Source: Bdellovibrionales bacterium CG10_big_fil_rev_8_21_14_0_10_45_34
Lineage (GTDB): Bacteria; Bdellovibrionota; Bdellovibrionia; Bdellovibrionales; 1-14-0-10-45-34
Direction: 5' to 3'
Assembly: GCA_002778785.1 (NCBI GenBank)
Contig: PEZS01000011.1
Location: 192,995-256,994, forward strand
DNA length: 64,000 nucleotides
Shown here: piece after piece, positions 55,581 to 64,000 of the stretch
How the letters are laid out: each line of letters begins with the position of its first letter
How positions within the stretch are numbered: the first letter of the stretch is position 1
Translations under genes and position numbers: made by a program
Notes under the pieces: generated by a model
The model's database searches: none
The model's input: only the letters and a program-made list of their open reading frames with translations
What the model was told of the DNA's origin: nothing

Positions 55581-56517
55581 GGCTCTTGCTCCCAAGGATG
55601 TGTCGAACCAAGCCGTAATATTAATTGGGGTTGATCAGGGTAAAGTTTTCGATCTGAAAGAAGGGTTGAACTTTGCGGGGCGTTCTCTTGACAACGACAT
55701 TGTTATCAATGATCCAAAAACGAGTCGCAAGCACTTTGTATTGAATGTCAGCGTCGGACAAGTTCACTTCAAGAATCTCAGTCCACAAAATGAAATCCTC
55801 ATCAATGGGAAGTTTCTCCTTGAAGGGCGTCTCGAACCAGGCACCTTGATCCTTCTCGGCGATACGCAAATTAAAATTCAAACCTCTAACCTGATGAAGG
55901 CAATCCCTTTTGGCGGACTCCCGGTAGAGAAGCCAAAAAACCAACGAGTATCTCTTTCGACTCCTCCCAAGCAGGTATCAAAGCAATCGCCCGCAAACCC
56001 AATCAAGTACGCAATATACGCGGCAATACTTATCGGAGTTGGCTATCTTGTTTTGAATTCACCCAGTACGATTCCGCAGACTTCCAATCCTGGGGCAGAA
56101 ACCGAAGCAATTTCTCCTTCAGAAGATGCCTCGTCGACACTTCTTCGAGAACTGTCGGCATCCGGAAAAGACACACAGAACTACACAGAGGCGCAGGCCG
56201 CTTTTATAAGAGGATTTAGGGATTATCGCGAGGGCAATTACAGAAGAGCCGCAGATTCTTTTGGCGCAGCTTTAAGTTTGTATCCCACCCATCAACTTGC
56301 TCAGAAATACCTGGCGCTAGCGCAAAGAAAACACGACGAGTTGATTCAAAATACGATGGTCGAGGCCAGAAGACTTTTTGAGCAGGGTTCGCTGCGAAAG
56401 TCACAAGCTAAATATAAGCTTGTTGTGATTTTATTGCAGGACCCAAATCATTCGCTCTACAAAGAGGCGCATGATAAGTTTAACGAAATCGAACTTTTGT
56501 TGAAGAGTGAATTTTAA
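55570..56517 (+). CDS. FHA-domain, TM and TPR-like protein
   Basis: FAGRSLDNDIVINDPKTSRKHF, TM segment YAIYAAILIGVGYLVL, and C-terminal TPR-like helices (YREGNYRRAADSFGAALSLYP). Confidence 0.65.
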   Translation: MSSKALAPKDVSNQAVILIGVDQGKVFDLKEGLNFAGRSLDNDIVINDPKTSRKHFVLNVSVGQVHFKNLSPQNEILINGKFLLEGRLEPGTLILLGDTQIKIQTSNLMKAIPFGGLPVEKPKNQRVSLSTPPKQVSKQSPANPIKYAIYAAILIGVGYLVLNSPSTIPQTSNPGAETEAISPSEDASSTLLRELSASGKDTQNYTEAQAAFIRGFRDYREGNYRRAADSFGAALSLYPTHQLAQKYLALAQRKHDELIQNTMVEARRLFEQGSLRKSQAKYKLVVILLQDPNHSLYKEAHDKFNEIELLLKSEF

Positions 56518-56519
56518 AA

Positions 56520-58466
56520 ATGTTGGTGATTCGCATACTTCTTGATTCAAATGAATTTAAGATTCTACCGCTCGATGGGGATCGGCAGTTTACTATAGGA
56601 AGAGATGCTTCGGTAGATGTGATTCTACCCGATCCGACAGTCTCTAGAAAACATGTTGTCGTCAAGAAGGTCGACACTGAATGGGTTATTCAGAAAACCT
56701 CCCGATTTGGAACTCTCACGCAGTCTGGTCGACCCGTCGAATCTGCAAAGATAAAAGCAGGCGATGTATTTGAGATCCCACCATTTACGTTTATGGTAGA
56801 GGAACTTGACGAAGAGAAAAGCAAGGTCCTTGCAGAAACGCGACTATTAAAGCAAGAGGCTACAAGCTCTCTAGTTTGGCAGGACCCACTAGAGTCTGAA
56901 TTGTTGGGCTCCCAACCCGAAATTCAGAACTCCAATGGCAGTCTCGCTACATCTGATGAGGAAGAGGGCGCCAGCACTTTTGTTGGCGACAATCCCCTAG
57001 GCCTTCAAAAGGATCTGGTCCCCTGCCTGAGAATTACATCCCCAACCGATCCCGAACAAATTTACTTACTCAAAAGCGGGCCCTGGATTATTGGGCGGGC
57101 CCAATCCTGTGATATCGTTATTAACGACCCGAAATCTTCACGTACACACATTGAAATCAGTGTCTCCGGAGATAAGTACTACGCCAAAGATCTTCATAGC
57201 TCAAATGGCACACTCTTCGGTGAAGCTGCCCTTTCGACATCAAAAACTCTCATTCAAAGCGGCGATTATTTGGTCGTGGGCGAAACCAAAATTTACTTCG
57301 AGATATTAGATCCTGCCGCTCAGTCTTTGAGCCTAGAGTTGCAACAAAGTCCAATAACACACACCTCGATGGGCTCCACACGCTTGCCACGGAATCGATT
57401 TGCTACACTGCCGCATCTACAGGGGATTGATAAGAAGCATTACCTTCGAGGTGCAGCGGTTTTCATTGTGATTTTGGCTGTATGGCTCGGAAATCAAAAG
57501 AAAGATACAGTTAAGATTACACAAAGCCATAACAATCCCATCGATCTTCTTACCCCTGAGCAGAAGACGGCTGTTGAAACAACCTATCAGTTGGCAAAAA
57601 ATCTTTACATTCGCGGTAGCTACGAATCAGCATCTCTCGAACTTGAAAAGCTCCATCAAATAATCCCATCCTATAAAGACTCCACAGAATTGGCTAAGTT
57701 TTGTTATGAAGCAATTCAGCTGCAGAGTGAGCATCAGAGAATAGAAGAAGAAGAGTCGAGAGTAAAAGAAGTACAGCAGAAGGTAGGCGATATCATTGAA
57801 CGATGTGAACAAAACTGGTTGAAAACTCGACGATCTATCGAAGTTGAAAGTTGTCTGGCACCCGCCCTGGAGCTAGATCCTGCAAATTCGAAGGCCGCCA
57901 ATCTTGTACAGATGGCGTCTTCGTGGGAGAGAGACGTCGACAATAAAGAGGCCGAAAAACACAGATACCAACAATTGGTAGCGCTTGGAGTAAAAAAATT
58001 CCAGACTGCCCAAAACGCCCACAAAGCAGGCGAGCTACTAAAAGCTAAGTCACTTTACGAAGAACATCTTTCTTCAAGCTATCCTGATCCAAAGGATCTC
58101 AAAGATCGTTCCCGAGAAGGGTTGTCGAGGCTTGAGCAACAAGTTTTAAAAAGAACGAAGGGTTTAAAAGAGGCGGCTCGAAATGAGTATAATAAAGAGA
58201 ATATTAAACAGGCGCTCCTGCTACTGAGAGAATGCCTCAAGATTTCGCCCACGGACCCCGAGGCCAAGGACCTAGAACAGAACTGGAGTCAGGAGCTTTT
58301 TAGAAACATGAAGCGCCTGTACACCGATGCGATCCTTGAAGAGAATCTCGGCCAACTCGAGGCGGCTAAAGCCAAATGGAAGAAAATCATAGCGTCCGAT
58401 CTCAATGGAAATGAGTATTACGAAAAAGCGCGCAGTAAACTCAAAAGAATCGGGGAAAGCTTTTGA
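56520..58466 (+). CDS. tandem-FHA, TM and TPR-repeat protein
   Basis: Two FHA cores (TIGRDASVDVILPDPTVSRKH; IIGRAQSCDIVINDPKSSRTH...SSNGTLFG), TM segment AAVFIVILAVWLG, and a long helical-repeat C-terminus. Confidence 0.65.
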   Translation: MLVIRILLDSNEFKILPLDGDRQFTIGRDASVDVILPDPTVSRKHVVVKKVDTEWVIQKTSRFGTLTQSGRPVESAKIKAGDVFEIPPFTFMVEELDEEKSKVLAETRLLKQEATSSLVWQDPLESELLGSQPEIQNSNGSLATSDEEEGASTFVGDNPLGLQKDLVPCLRITSPTDPEQIYLLKSGPWIIGRAQSCDIVINDPKSSRTHIEISVSGDKYYAKDLHSSNGTLFGEAALSTSKTLIQSGDYLVVGETKIYFEILDPAAQSLSLELQQSPITHTSMGSTRLPRNRFATLPHLQGIDKKHYLRGAAVFIVILAVWLGNQKKDTVKITQSHNNPIDLLTPEQKTAVETTYQLAKNLYIRGSYESASLELEKLHQIIPSYKDSTELAKFCYEAIQLQSEHQRIEEEESRVKEVQQKVGDIIERCEQNWLKTRRSIEVESCLAPALELDPANSKAANLVQMASSWERDVDNKEAEKHRYQQLVALGVKKFQTAQNAHKAGELLKAKSLYEEHLSSSYPDPKDLKDRSREGLSRLEQQVLKRTKGLKEAARNEYNKENIKQALLLLRECLKISPTDPEAKDLEQNWSQELFRNMKRLYTDAILEENLGQLEAAKAKWKKIIASDLNGNEYYEKARSKLKRIGESF

Positions 58467-58504
58467 CAGGCTCAAGATCGAATCCCCACAAGGAACTTTA
58501 AATC

Positions 58505-59179
58505 ATGAATCCTGGTGAACTGATCATATTTCGGGGAGACGAGTCCAAGTATCCGACCCCAGCGTTTCACTACTTCTCAAATTTAGATTTGTTTGTGGTA
58601 TGCACTCCCTGGGGCCAACATTCTGAAGCAAACTATGTAATTGAGCGTACTGCCGAGTTTTTTGAAAAGTTTCAAACAGACTTAGAACTTACGTCTCCGG
58701 TACCCATCGACACCTCATACACTTCTGAAGAAAATAGAATACGAAACACACTGTACCAACTGAATGCCGAGACTTTGGAGCGCTATAACCAAAAGGAATT
58801 CGATTGGGGCTGTGAAATTTTATTGGCCTTCGAGTGCCGTCATCAAGTTGTCATAGGAAGAGTCGGGCAAATTAATGTTTTCCATTTTTCAGCCGGTAAT
58901 CTAGTTCAACCGATTTTAGGTTCGTCAGGGTTCAATCGGTGGAATTCTAGCGGTGAGCGTGCACCCTTTCCGAGACAAGTTTTGGGCATGGAGTCCTCTT
59001 TCGCCAGCGATATCACGACCTTTTCTAAAATACCGTCTTCAACAGTTCTTTTTTCGCAAAGCCCTTGGTATGCACACGAAACATTTAAACCCGCAATACC
59101 TGATCAAGCAGAAGAAACTTGGAGGTTAAACACCTCAATCTCGCAGAAACCGTACTGGCAAGTTTCCCTGAGCTTTTAG
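58505..59179 (+). CDS. PP2C-fold-like protein lacking catalytic aspartates (putative pseudophosphatase)
   Basis: Aligns by eye to PP2C blocks with acidic residues replaced: VVCTPWGQH for ADGMGGH, IGRVGQINVF for GDSR, LFSQSPW for LCSDGL. Confidence 0.4.
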   Translation: MNPGELIIFRGDESKYPTPAFHYFSNLDLFVVCTPWGQHSEANYVIERTAEFFEKFQTDLELTSPVPIDTSYTSEENRIRNTLYQLNAETLERYNQKEFDWGCEILLAFECRHQVVIGRVGQINVFHFSAGNLVQPILGSSGFNRWNSSGERAPFPRQVLGMESSFASDITTFSKIPSSTVLFSQSPWYAHETFKPAIPDQAEETWRLNTSISQKPYWQVSLSF

Positions 59180-59886
59180 TCGAAAGCACTTTCGTCGAAT
59201 TCGCTATATCCCCCATCATCAGAGGGCGTCTCTTCCTTTTCCTTTTCACTTGAAACTTCTTGGCGTTGAGGCTGCCCGAGATTTCTCTGTTCGTATCGAG
59301 TTGCTTTTCGAACTCTCCTCACTTTCCGCACCGGTCTCGCCTTCTTTTTGCCTACCACCTTGTCGCTAGAACCAAAGTAATAAGCCACGCCTATCATGCC
59401 AATAATGCCGGCGGTGGTGCGTCCCGTGAAATACAAAGCCGGCCCCACCTCCCCTTTCAGGCTCCAAGGACCCCCGCTAAATAGATATTCAAATCCCCCG
59501 AAGCCCCTCACTCCCAGACGAAATTTATCATTTGTGTCTACAGTTCCAAGACCCAGACCTGACAATAGGCCAGCCCCAGCGTAGAACAAGAATGTATTCC
59601 AGTTACGCCGACTGCGTTTCCATAAATCATCAACATCATAAAAATAATATGCGTGGCTTACGCCCGCTATGGCCACTTGTTCAAAATCGTAGCCAACGTC
59701 AAAGTTCCAGTTTTGTCTCCAGTTAGCCCAGGTCGTGTACCTAACTACTGAGGGCTTTCCCACCAGTAAGGCAACACCAGACTCGCCGCTGTCAAAACCG
59801 ACAAACCTTTGTGCGTATGAGTTCGAGGTAAAAATCGTTACAAAAACAAAGCATAACAACAACAAACGTCTTGTATTACATAGCAT
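59176..59886 (-). CDS. small outer-membrane beta-barrel protein with a highly charged C-terminal tail
   Basis: Signal peptide ...NSYAQ. Alternating aromatic and Gly strands (GVAYYF). The tail has KKKARPVRKVRRVRK followed by an acidic stretch. Confidence 0.55.
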   Translation of the reverse strand: MLCNTRRLLLLCFVFVTIFTSNSYAQRFVGFDSGESGVALLVGKPSVVRYTTWANWRQNWNFDVGYDFEQVAIAGVSHAYYFYDVDDLWKRSRRNWNTFLFYAGAGLLSGLGLGTVDTNDKFRLGVRGFGGFEYLFSGGPWSLKGEVGPALYFTGRTTAGIIGMIGVAYYFGSSDKVVGKKKARPVRKVRRVRKATRYEQRNLGQPQRQEVSSEKEKEETPSDDGGYSEFDESAFD

Positions 59887-59939
59887 ACGTTGATTGTAAC
59901 TTTCAGCCGGTTAGAATATCAATACATAGAGGAAATATT

Positions 59940-60743
59940 TTGACCGCGCTGAGAAAGAACACCTTCACCGAATTACCGCGCTTTTTTGCCGAGTCACCTG
60001 TTTATGGTCCTTTTAATAGCCGACGCTACGGACCTTCCTTGGGAATCAACTTATCAAGTCTTAAAGAGAAGGCCTGTTCGATGAACTGCGTCTTTTGTGA
60101 AGCTGGGCCTACAAATATCCGACTAAAAGAGATGAAGGCCTCTTCTCTACCAACCCCCGAAAATATTGTTGAAAAGTTAAGGATTAAAATTGAGCACAGT
60201 TTACGGACGGAAAAGGTCCAACTTCCAATACATTTTTCTGGAGCTGGCGAACCCACGCTACATCCTTATTTTGATGAAATTGTCGATGCCGTCATAAACT
60301 TACGAAATACCGTGACTCCAGATTCACCAATAAGAGTCTTTACCAACGGTACATTCTTCGACCAAAGAAAAGTAATTTCATCGCTAAACAGGGTTGATGA
60401 AAGGATAGTTAAGGTCGACTGTGGTCGCGATTCGACAATGAAGAGTCTCAATCGACCTCTGAAGCGTTTCACGACGGCCAAATTGTCATCCGGCTGCAGA
60501 CTGTTGAAAAATTGCATCACACAATCTCTATTCGTAAAAGGCCCCGCATCAAACCTCAGCGACGATGAGATCGAATTGTGGATTGAACTCATAGGCATTA
60601 TAAAACCACTTTATTCGCAAATTTATTCGATAGAGAGACAACCGAGTGAACCCTTCGTTGTCGAGGCTACCGAAGATGAGCTTGAAATGGTTGCCGCGAA
60701 ACTTCGAAAACGCACTGGCATTGAATGCCGAGTATTTATTTGA
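59940..60743 (+). CDS. radical SAM protein (COG0731-like)
   Basis: VYGPFNSRRYGPSLGINL followed by CSMNCVFC (CxxxCxxC) and GAGEPTL. TTG at 59940 after AGAGGA is preferred. The track start at 59871 overlaps the divergent gene. Confidence 0.7.
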   Translation: MTALRKNTFTELPRFFAESPVYGPFNSRRYGPSLGINLSSLKEKACSMNCVFCEAGPTNIRLKEMKASSLPTPENIVEKLRIKIEHSLRTEKVQLPIHFSGAGEPTLHPYFDEIVDAVINLRNTVTPDSPIRVFTNGTFFDQRKVISSLNRVDERIVKVDCGRDSTMKSLNRPLKRFTTAKLSSGCRLLKNCITQSLFVKGPASNLSDDEIELWIELIGIIKPLYSQIYSIERQPSEPFVVEATEDELEMVAAKLRKRTGIECRVFI

Positions 60744-60752
60744 CGGAGCAAA

Positions 60753-62543
60753 CTACCATTTAGGGGCAGGAATTTTTTTACGGAAATAAGGTAGAGCAAG
60801 GAGCAGGTCTAGCGAAGTGGGATACCCACCCAGCTTGTCAAGCGGACCCCACTCTTGATAGAGTCTTTCGTTTTCAAGCCAAATCATTCGATCTAAAATC
60901 CGGTAGCGGTAACTCCTCATAAACCTATCCCGATACTCATCCGTCTCTTCAGATTTTGACTCCATTGCAAAATACCACGCCAGTAGTTCAAGCGCCGACA
61001 TTTCTTTGCAGGTTCGGTACTGCGATAGCACCTCTTTAGGACTAACGTTGGAGTTCAAAACTGCGAAGCAGGCGGATGGAGGCTCATGAATCTCCTTGAA
61101 ATTCGGAAGATTAGACCGGGCAACATATGTCCACTCTTGGTTTTGAGTGGTCCTTCCAAGAGTAAGTAAGTAATCCCAATCCTCCAGTAAAATCGCCCAG
61201 ATTGCCAGAAGGTCCGCAGACACAGTACCCGGCTTCATAGCCTTTGCTCTCTTCCAGGCAGACGCCCTATCTTCCGTCTTCGCTAGCAAACTTCTTATTT
61301 CGATCTCAAAGCTGTTTTTTGACTTGGTGTATGAATCATATCCAGCACTTTCCAAATACTTCGCAAAATCTGCGATATACTTTTGAGTAGTGGGCTCTCT
61401 ACCCAAGAGGGGACTCACTTGGAATCGATCGATCAAGTCGTTGAAGAGCCGTGGAGTTTCACCACATTCGAACGTGATATTGTCGATCCTCGCCGAACAG
61501 GAAATACTCTCTGGCCAGTACCCGGATTCACCAAATATAATGCTTTGCTTATTTACGACATTTCTATTCGAGCGAAAAAGAGCGACTAAACTTTGACCTA
61601 CCTCTGACGAGGTTTGCAGCCCAAAGTCATCTGTTAGTAAATCAAAAATTGTTGCACCAGCATCGATTAAACTCACATTAAAATCTACAGCCCAATTGAT
61701 TCCTTCATCTCGTTTCTTTTGCGCCGGCTTTAAAAGAAACACGATCTGTGATCGTTCATTTAAAAGGTTTGTCATTGGGAACCGATACTCGTTAAAACCT
61801 TTCAAAGGACCGTTCAGACCCACTAAGAAGATATTTGTAGAATCAAAACGATCCATCTCATCGAGATTTTCAAAAAGCAAACTCAATTGCTCATCGAAAT
61901 TTTCAATTCGAGCGGTGTGAAGAACATCTTGAGCGCTTTTGCCAGCCTTCAGAAGAGTTTCCTGCGTGTACATCAAATCTGAGACGTGAATTATAGCAAA
62001 GAAAGCATCCTGCGGATCAACATCTGACTTTAGCCAGGCTTGGAACAAGGGATTTGTTTCTTCAAAAAGTCGAAAAAAACCCTTTTCGGTGACAGATATG
62101 TTGTCATCGAAAATCTCAAAGCCCTGATTGATGCCTGAACGCCTCCAAACAGGAGGTCCGCCACTGAAGAACGCTGTTCGAAATCCCCTAGAGACTGCAA
62201 CTTCTGCAGAAGTTACCTGCTCTTCTGATAGCCAACCCATTCGATTGTTTCGTACTTGCGTCTGAGGGGGAATTTTGCTGGTCAAAAGCGATGCAAGAGC
62301 CGGCACGGTGAGAACACTTGGAGTAAAGGCGTGGGTGAATCGAAGTCCAGTCTGGCAAAGTCGCTGAAATCCCGATTTTTCGGCGCTCATATCTGACCCA
62401 CACGATACGAAATTGTTCGAGAGTCGATCTACAGCAATGACAAGTATGGAGTCTTGCGGCCTGTGCTGAGCCTGACAACCCAAAAGACCAGCAAAAACTG
62501 ACACCATAATTGCCAGCTTCGAAGGTAAACACAATTTCAACAT
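60753..62543 (-). CDS. sulfatase-fold (alkaline phosphatase superfamily) lipoprotein with non-canonical active-site residues
   Basis: Lipobox FAGLLGC. ILVIAVDRLS and HAFTPSVLTVPALASLLT align to the sulfatase DD and CxPSRxxxLTG blocks, with Thr, Ala and Leu in place of Cys, Ser and Arg. ATG at 62543 is preferred. Confidence 0.55.
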   Translation of the reverse strand: MLKLCLPSKLAIMVSVFAGLLGCQAQHRPQDSILVIAVDRLSNNFVSCGSDMSAEKSGFQRLCQTGLRFTHAFTPSVLTVPALASLLTSKIPPQTQVRNNRMGWLSEEQVTSAEVAVSRGFRTAFFSGGPPVWRRSGINQGFEIFDDNISVTEKGFFRLFEETNPLFQAWLKSDVDPQDAFFAIIHVSDLMYTQETLLKAGKSAQDVLHTARIENFDEQLSLLFENLDEMDRFDSTNIFLVGLNGPLKGFNEYRFPMTNLLNERSQIVFLLKPAQKKRDEGINWAVDFNVSLIDAGATIFDLLTDDFGLQTSSEVGQSLVALFRSNRNVVNKQSIIFGESGYWPESISCSARIDNITFECGETPRLFNDLIDRFQVSPLLGREPTTQKYIADFAKYLESAGYDSYTKSKNSFEIEIRSLLAKTEDRASAWKRAKAMKPGTVSADLLAIWAILLEDWDYLLTLGRTTQNQEWTYVARSNLPNFKEIHEPPSACFAVLNSNVSPKEVLSQYRTCKEMSALELLAWYFAMESKSEETDEYRDRFMRSYRYRILDRMIWLENERLYQEWGPLDKLGGYPTSLDLLLALPYFRKKIPAPKW

Positions 62544-62607
62544 AGCAATTATCATAACTTGACCACTATTGATCGTCACAAAGATAATAGAGCTCAGGAG
62601 TGCAATA

Positions 62608-63264
62608 ATGCTTACACAACAAATCTTTTCAAGTGCACAGAACGGCGCAGAGTTTATTTTGTGGTTTTTACTTCTATTGAGCGTCGTTAGCTTAACATTT
62701 ATCATAGAAAGAGCCATATCGCTAAGATCGGCAAGGCAGTCATCGTTAAGGTTTCGAAAGAGAGTCGAGGAAATACTTCAAGCCAATCAGCTCAAAGATC
62801 TTGAAGAACTCTCTCGCGACAGAGAGTCTCTTGAGGGGCGAGCGCTGGCTTATGCGATCAGACATATGGAGAGCAGCAATCCTGCTTCCAATGAAAATGG
62901 AATCGAAGAAGTTTTTAATTCCTTTATACTAAGCCAACGACCATATCTTGAGAGATACCTCGGTTTTTTGGCAACTGTTGGTTCGAATGCTCCTTTTTTA
63001 GGTTTGCTAGGTACCGTTCTTGGAATTATGCGGGCTTTTCATGATTTAGGCCTAAGCCAAGGGGACGCGAGCCTGGTGATGGCAGGCATCGCAGAAGCTC
63101 TTGTAGCAACCGCTGTAGGTTTGTTTGTCGCGATCCCCGCTGTTGTTGCCTACAACATATTTCAAAAGCAAGTAAGGCAAATCATCTCAGGAATTGAGAG
63201 TTTAAGGGAATTGTGCGTGGCGTATGCGAAACAAAAAAATGGCCAAGTTTTAAAGGCAAACTAA
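62608..63264 (+). CDS. MotA/TolQ/ExbB-family proton channel
   Basis: LGLLGTVLGIMRAF and AEALVATAVGLFVAIPAVVAYN. ATG at 62608 has an AGGAG RBS. Confidence 0.85.
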   Translation: MLTQQIFSSAQNGAEFILWFLLLLSVVSLTFIIERAISLRSARQSSLRFRKRVEEILQANQLKDLEELSRDRESLEGRALAYAIRHMESSNPASNENGIEEVFNSFILSQRPYLERYLGFLATVGSNAPFLGLLGTVLGIMRAFHDLGLSQGDASLVMAGIAEALVATAVGLFVAIPAVVAYNIFQKQVRQIISGIESLRELCVAYAKQKNGQVLKAN

Positions 63265-63282
63265 TCAGTAACGAGGATAACA

Positions 63283-63690
63283 TTGGGCGCTTCAACTCAG
63301 AATGATGATCAGGAACCGATTTCACAGATTAACGTTGTGCCATTTGTAGACATTGTTCTTGTTGTTCTTATCATATTCATGGTCACGACTCCCATTATAA
63401 TGAAACCAAGTTTAAACATTGAACTTCCAAAAGCCGGAAACTCAGAGAGTTCCGAGGCTGGCTCATTTGTCATATCGATAGATGCTGCCGGACAAGTACA
63501 GCTCAATGGCTCGCCTACAAACGAAGCGGCAATAGCAGCTCAAGCTCAATCACTTTCCTCGAACAATCCATTGGCACAGGCAACTATCTCGGCTGACAAG
63601 GATGTGCCTCACGGGCGCGTCATAGCCATCATGGATGCTATTAAATCCGGTGGAATTAAGAAATTTGCAATCTCCACCGACAGAAAGTGA
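63283..63690 (+). CDS. ExbD/TolR-family protein
   Basis: INVVPFVDIVLVVLIIFMV and a C-terminal periplasmic domain. TTG start. Confidence 0.85.
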   Translation: MGASTQNDDQEPISQINVVPFVDIVLVVLIIFMVTTPIIMKPSLNIELPKAGNSESSEAGSFVISIDAAGQVQLNGSPTNEAAIAAQAQSLSSNNPLAQATISADKDVPHGRVIAIMDAIKSGGIKKFAISTDRK

Positions 63691-63884
63691 AAGAGCTGTT
63701 CGTGTGACAGTGGGTCTTGTTTCGAAAATGAGAATTCAGAGTCGCTTCAGTAGATAATCGACATTTCTTAAAAATTAAATTTTTTTGCGTGATCTTTATT
63801 TTTATTTATATAAACAATATAATTTGATATGAGACTTTGTCTTATGCCAACTTTCCGTTGTATTCTGCGCACTGGAGACCGCCT

Positions 63885-64000
63885 ATGCCGAGAGGTCAGC
63901 GAACAGTTTTAATTGTAGATGATGAAAGTGAAATGTGCGACGTTATCAACGATTGTATTGGTCAGAACCATAGAGTTTTTTTGGCAACAAGTGGCAAAGA
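63885..64000 (+). CDS. response regulator receiver domain (5' part only, runs off the window)
   Basis: MPRGQRTVLIVDDESEMCDVINDCI... has the typical receiver N-terminus. An AT-rich promoter region lies upstream. Confidence 0.6.
   Translation, partial: MPRGQRTVLIVDDESEMCDVINDCIGQNHRVFLATSGK

Noticed and set aside
59940-62543. Radical SAM gene acting as an anaerobic sulfatase-maturating enzyme for the adjacent sulfatase-fold protein.
   Set aside because: The radical SAM protein is short (about 268 aa), lacks a SPASM-type second Cys cluster and has the COG0731-like YGP..SRR...LGINL N-terminus. The neighbouring sulfatase-fold protein has no Cys or Ser target motif to mature. The two genes are convergent, not co-transcribed.
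1-64000. CRISPR arrays, insertion sequences, transposases, prophage genes and rRNA genes.
   Set aside because: None was seen. The only tandem repeats have 2-3 copies (54 bp, 18 bp, 15 bp, about 27 bp) with no spacer structure. No transposase, integrase or phage structural motif was recognised in any listed ORF.

Overview
This looks like a chromosomal segment from a moderately AT-rich Gram-negative bacterium. The gene content is Bdellovibrio-like or Oligoflexia-like: many ORFan exported proteins, and a divIVA-proC-yggS-maf block in a diderm context. The taxonomic guess is inference only.

Recognisable content, left to right:
- Four exported or membrane ORFans, then a class-3-like aldehyde dehydrogenase whose 3' end carries a perfect 54-bp tandem duplication.
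- A copper module: copA P-type ATPase, two CueR-type 19-bp-spacer promoters, cueR, and a multicopper oxidase fused to a CopB/PcoB-like barrel.
- A cluster of stress-type proteins: glycine-zipper, BON, hydrophilin-like, hemerythrin-like and EF-hand.
- A beta-carbonic anhydrase with a divergent LysR regulator.
- A decayed patch next to tRNA-Ser(GGA): a frameshifted HD-GYP gene, a gutted methionine aminopeptidase remnant, a DUF4160/RHH pair, an exported deacetylase and an exported HNH nuclease.
- The conserved tadA and rpsU-yqeY-dnaG-rpoD block with an internal terminator, then tRNA(CAT).
- An eight-gene, translationally coupled type IV secretion-like cluster in Trb gene order. It encodes VirB2-, B3-, B4-, B5-, B6-, B9- and B10-like proteins plus a lipoprotein. 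No VirB11, VirB8, coupling protein, relaxase or integrase is present.
- divIVA-proC-yggS-maf.
- A seven-gene operon: an orphan TadC-like platform protein, DUF192, three transmembrane proteins carrying four FHA domains in total, and a PP2C-like protein lacking the catalytic aspartates.
- An outer-membrane barrel protein, a radical SAM protein, a sulfatase-fold lipoprotein, an ExbB/ExbD-type pair, and the start of a response regulator.

The two envelope-machine clusters, at 42.8-49.6 kb and 52.7-59.2 kb, are the best candidates for undescribed biology. All calls rest on motif reading by eye; no searches were run.
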